DNA of 63,948 bases, the filler included, from Porpidia crustulata (lineage: Eukaryota), in assembly GCA_964255105.1 (NCBI GenBank). It is 3 parts of 3 records of this genome, joined end to end, with 100 filler letters (N's around TTAATTAATTAA, not from the genome) between each part and the next. Parts side by side here need not be neighbours in the genome. Positions count along the whole stretch, not along the records: positions 44,858 to 63,948 come from CAXUWE010000151.1; 2 more parts are not named here. One strand, given 5' to 3'. Shown here one piece after another: positions 63,680 through 63,948 of the stretch. The stretch's first letter is position 1, and every line of letters begins with the position of its first letter. Position numbers and translations under genes: made by a program. The notes under the pieces are model-generated. The model saw only the letters and a program-made list of their open reading frames with translations, was not told where the DNA came from and ran no database searches.

Positions 63680-63948
63680 ACGTGATCTACCCCCTAGTTG
63701 GCCAAACCCTCTAGTTGGCCAGCGCCCTACCCCGAAATATAACTAAAGCACGATATATCAAAAATTTCCAATAATTTTTCGTCTGGTACAAGCCGGCAAT
63801 AAAGGGCGGTTTATTGCAGGTTTCGACACGCTCCTCCATCCAACCTCCACACGCTCCTCCACCCAACCTCACCGCGGTGACGACACGAAGTCTTCACCGC
63901 GGCACAGGTCGAATATATACGCGTCTAGGTAAGGAAAGAGACGCGTCA
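63680..63948 (+). mobile_element. Putative left end of a Fot1/pogo-like DNA transposon (runs off the window)
   Basis: TA|ACGTGATC start, CTAGTTGGCCA repeated at 17-bp spacing (63694, 63711), an AT-rich tract, and a 22-bp direct repeat (63826-63847 / 63849-63870). The other TIR is not visible. Confidence 0.5.

Overview
This is a gene-dense, intron-containing region from a filamentous ascomycete (Pezizomycotina). It consists of three contigs joined by artificial 100-bp N spacers carrying TTAATTAATTAA. About 21 protein-coding genes are supportable: a C2H2 factor, palB, ANT1, a secreted PEBP-like protein, a LisH/WD40 protein, NCBP3, a PHD+Myb-like protein, an arrestin, a large 'hypothetical' protein, a membrane J-protein, RPA43, an L-rhamnonate dehydratase paired with a RhaR-type regulator, a second Zn2Cys6 factor, ash1, ERF2, a COXFA4/MLRQ-like subunit, PMT1, PRP21, SEC2, PDCD5 and COQ4. 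Four observations stand out. (1) The ~1.4k-aa hypothetical protein has full coilin architecture (N-terminal domain, acidic/NLS middle, RG box, C-terminal Tudor-like domain) and is a candidate filamentous-fungal coilin. (2) A 129-bp TA-flanked MITE with perfect 26-bp TIRs and internal TTAGGG telomeric repeats sits in the PMT1/PRP21 bidirectional promoter. (3) A Fot1/pogo-like transposon end lies 60 bp upstream of COQ4. (4) The rhamnose cluster is reduced to two genes. The first ~4 kb looks like decayed coding sequence. All calls were made by eye from motifs, with no database searches.
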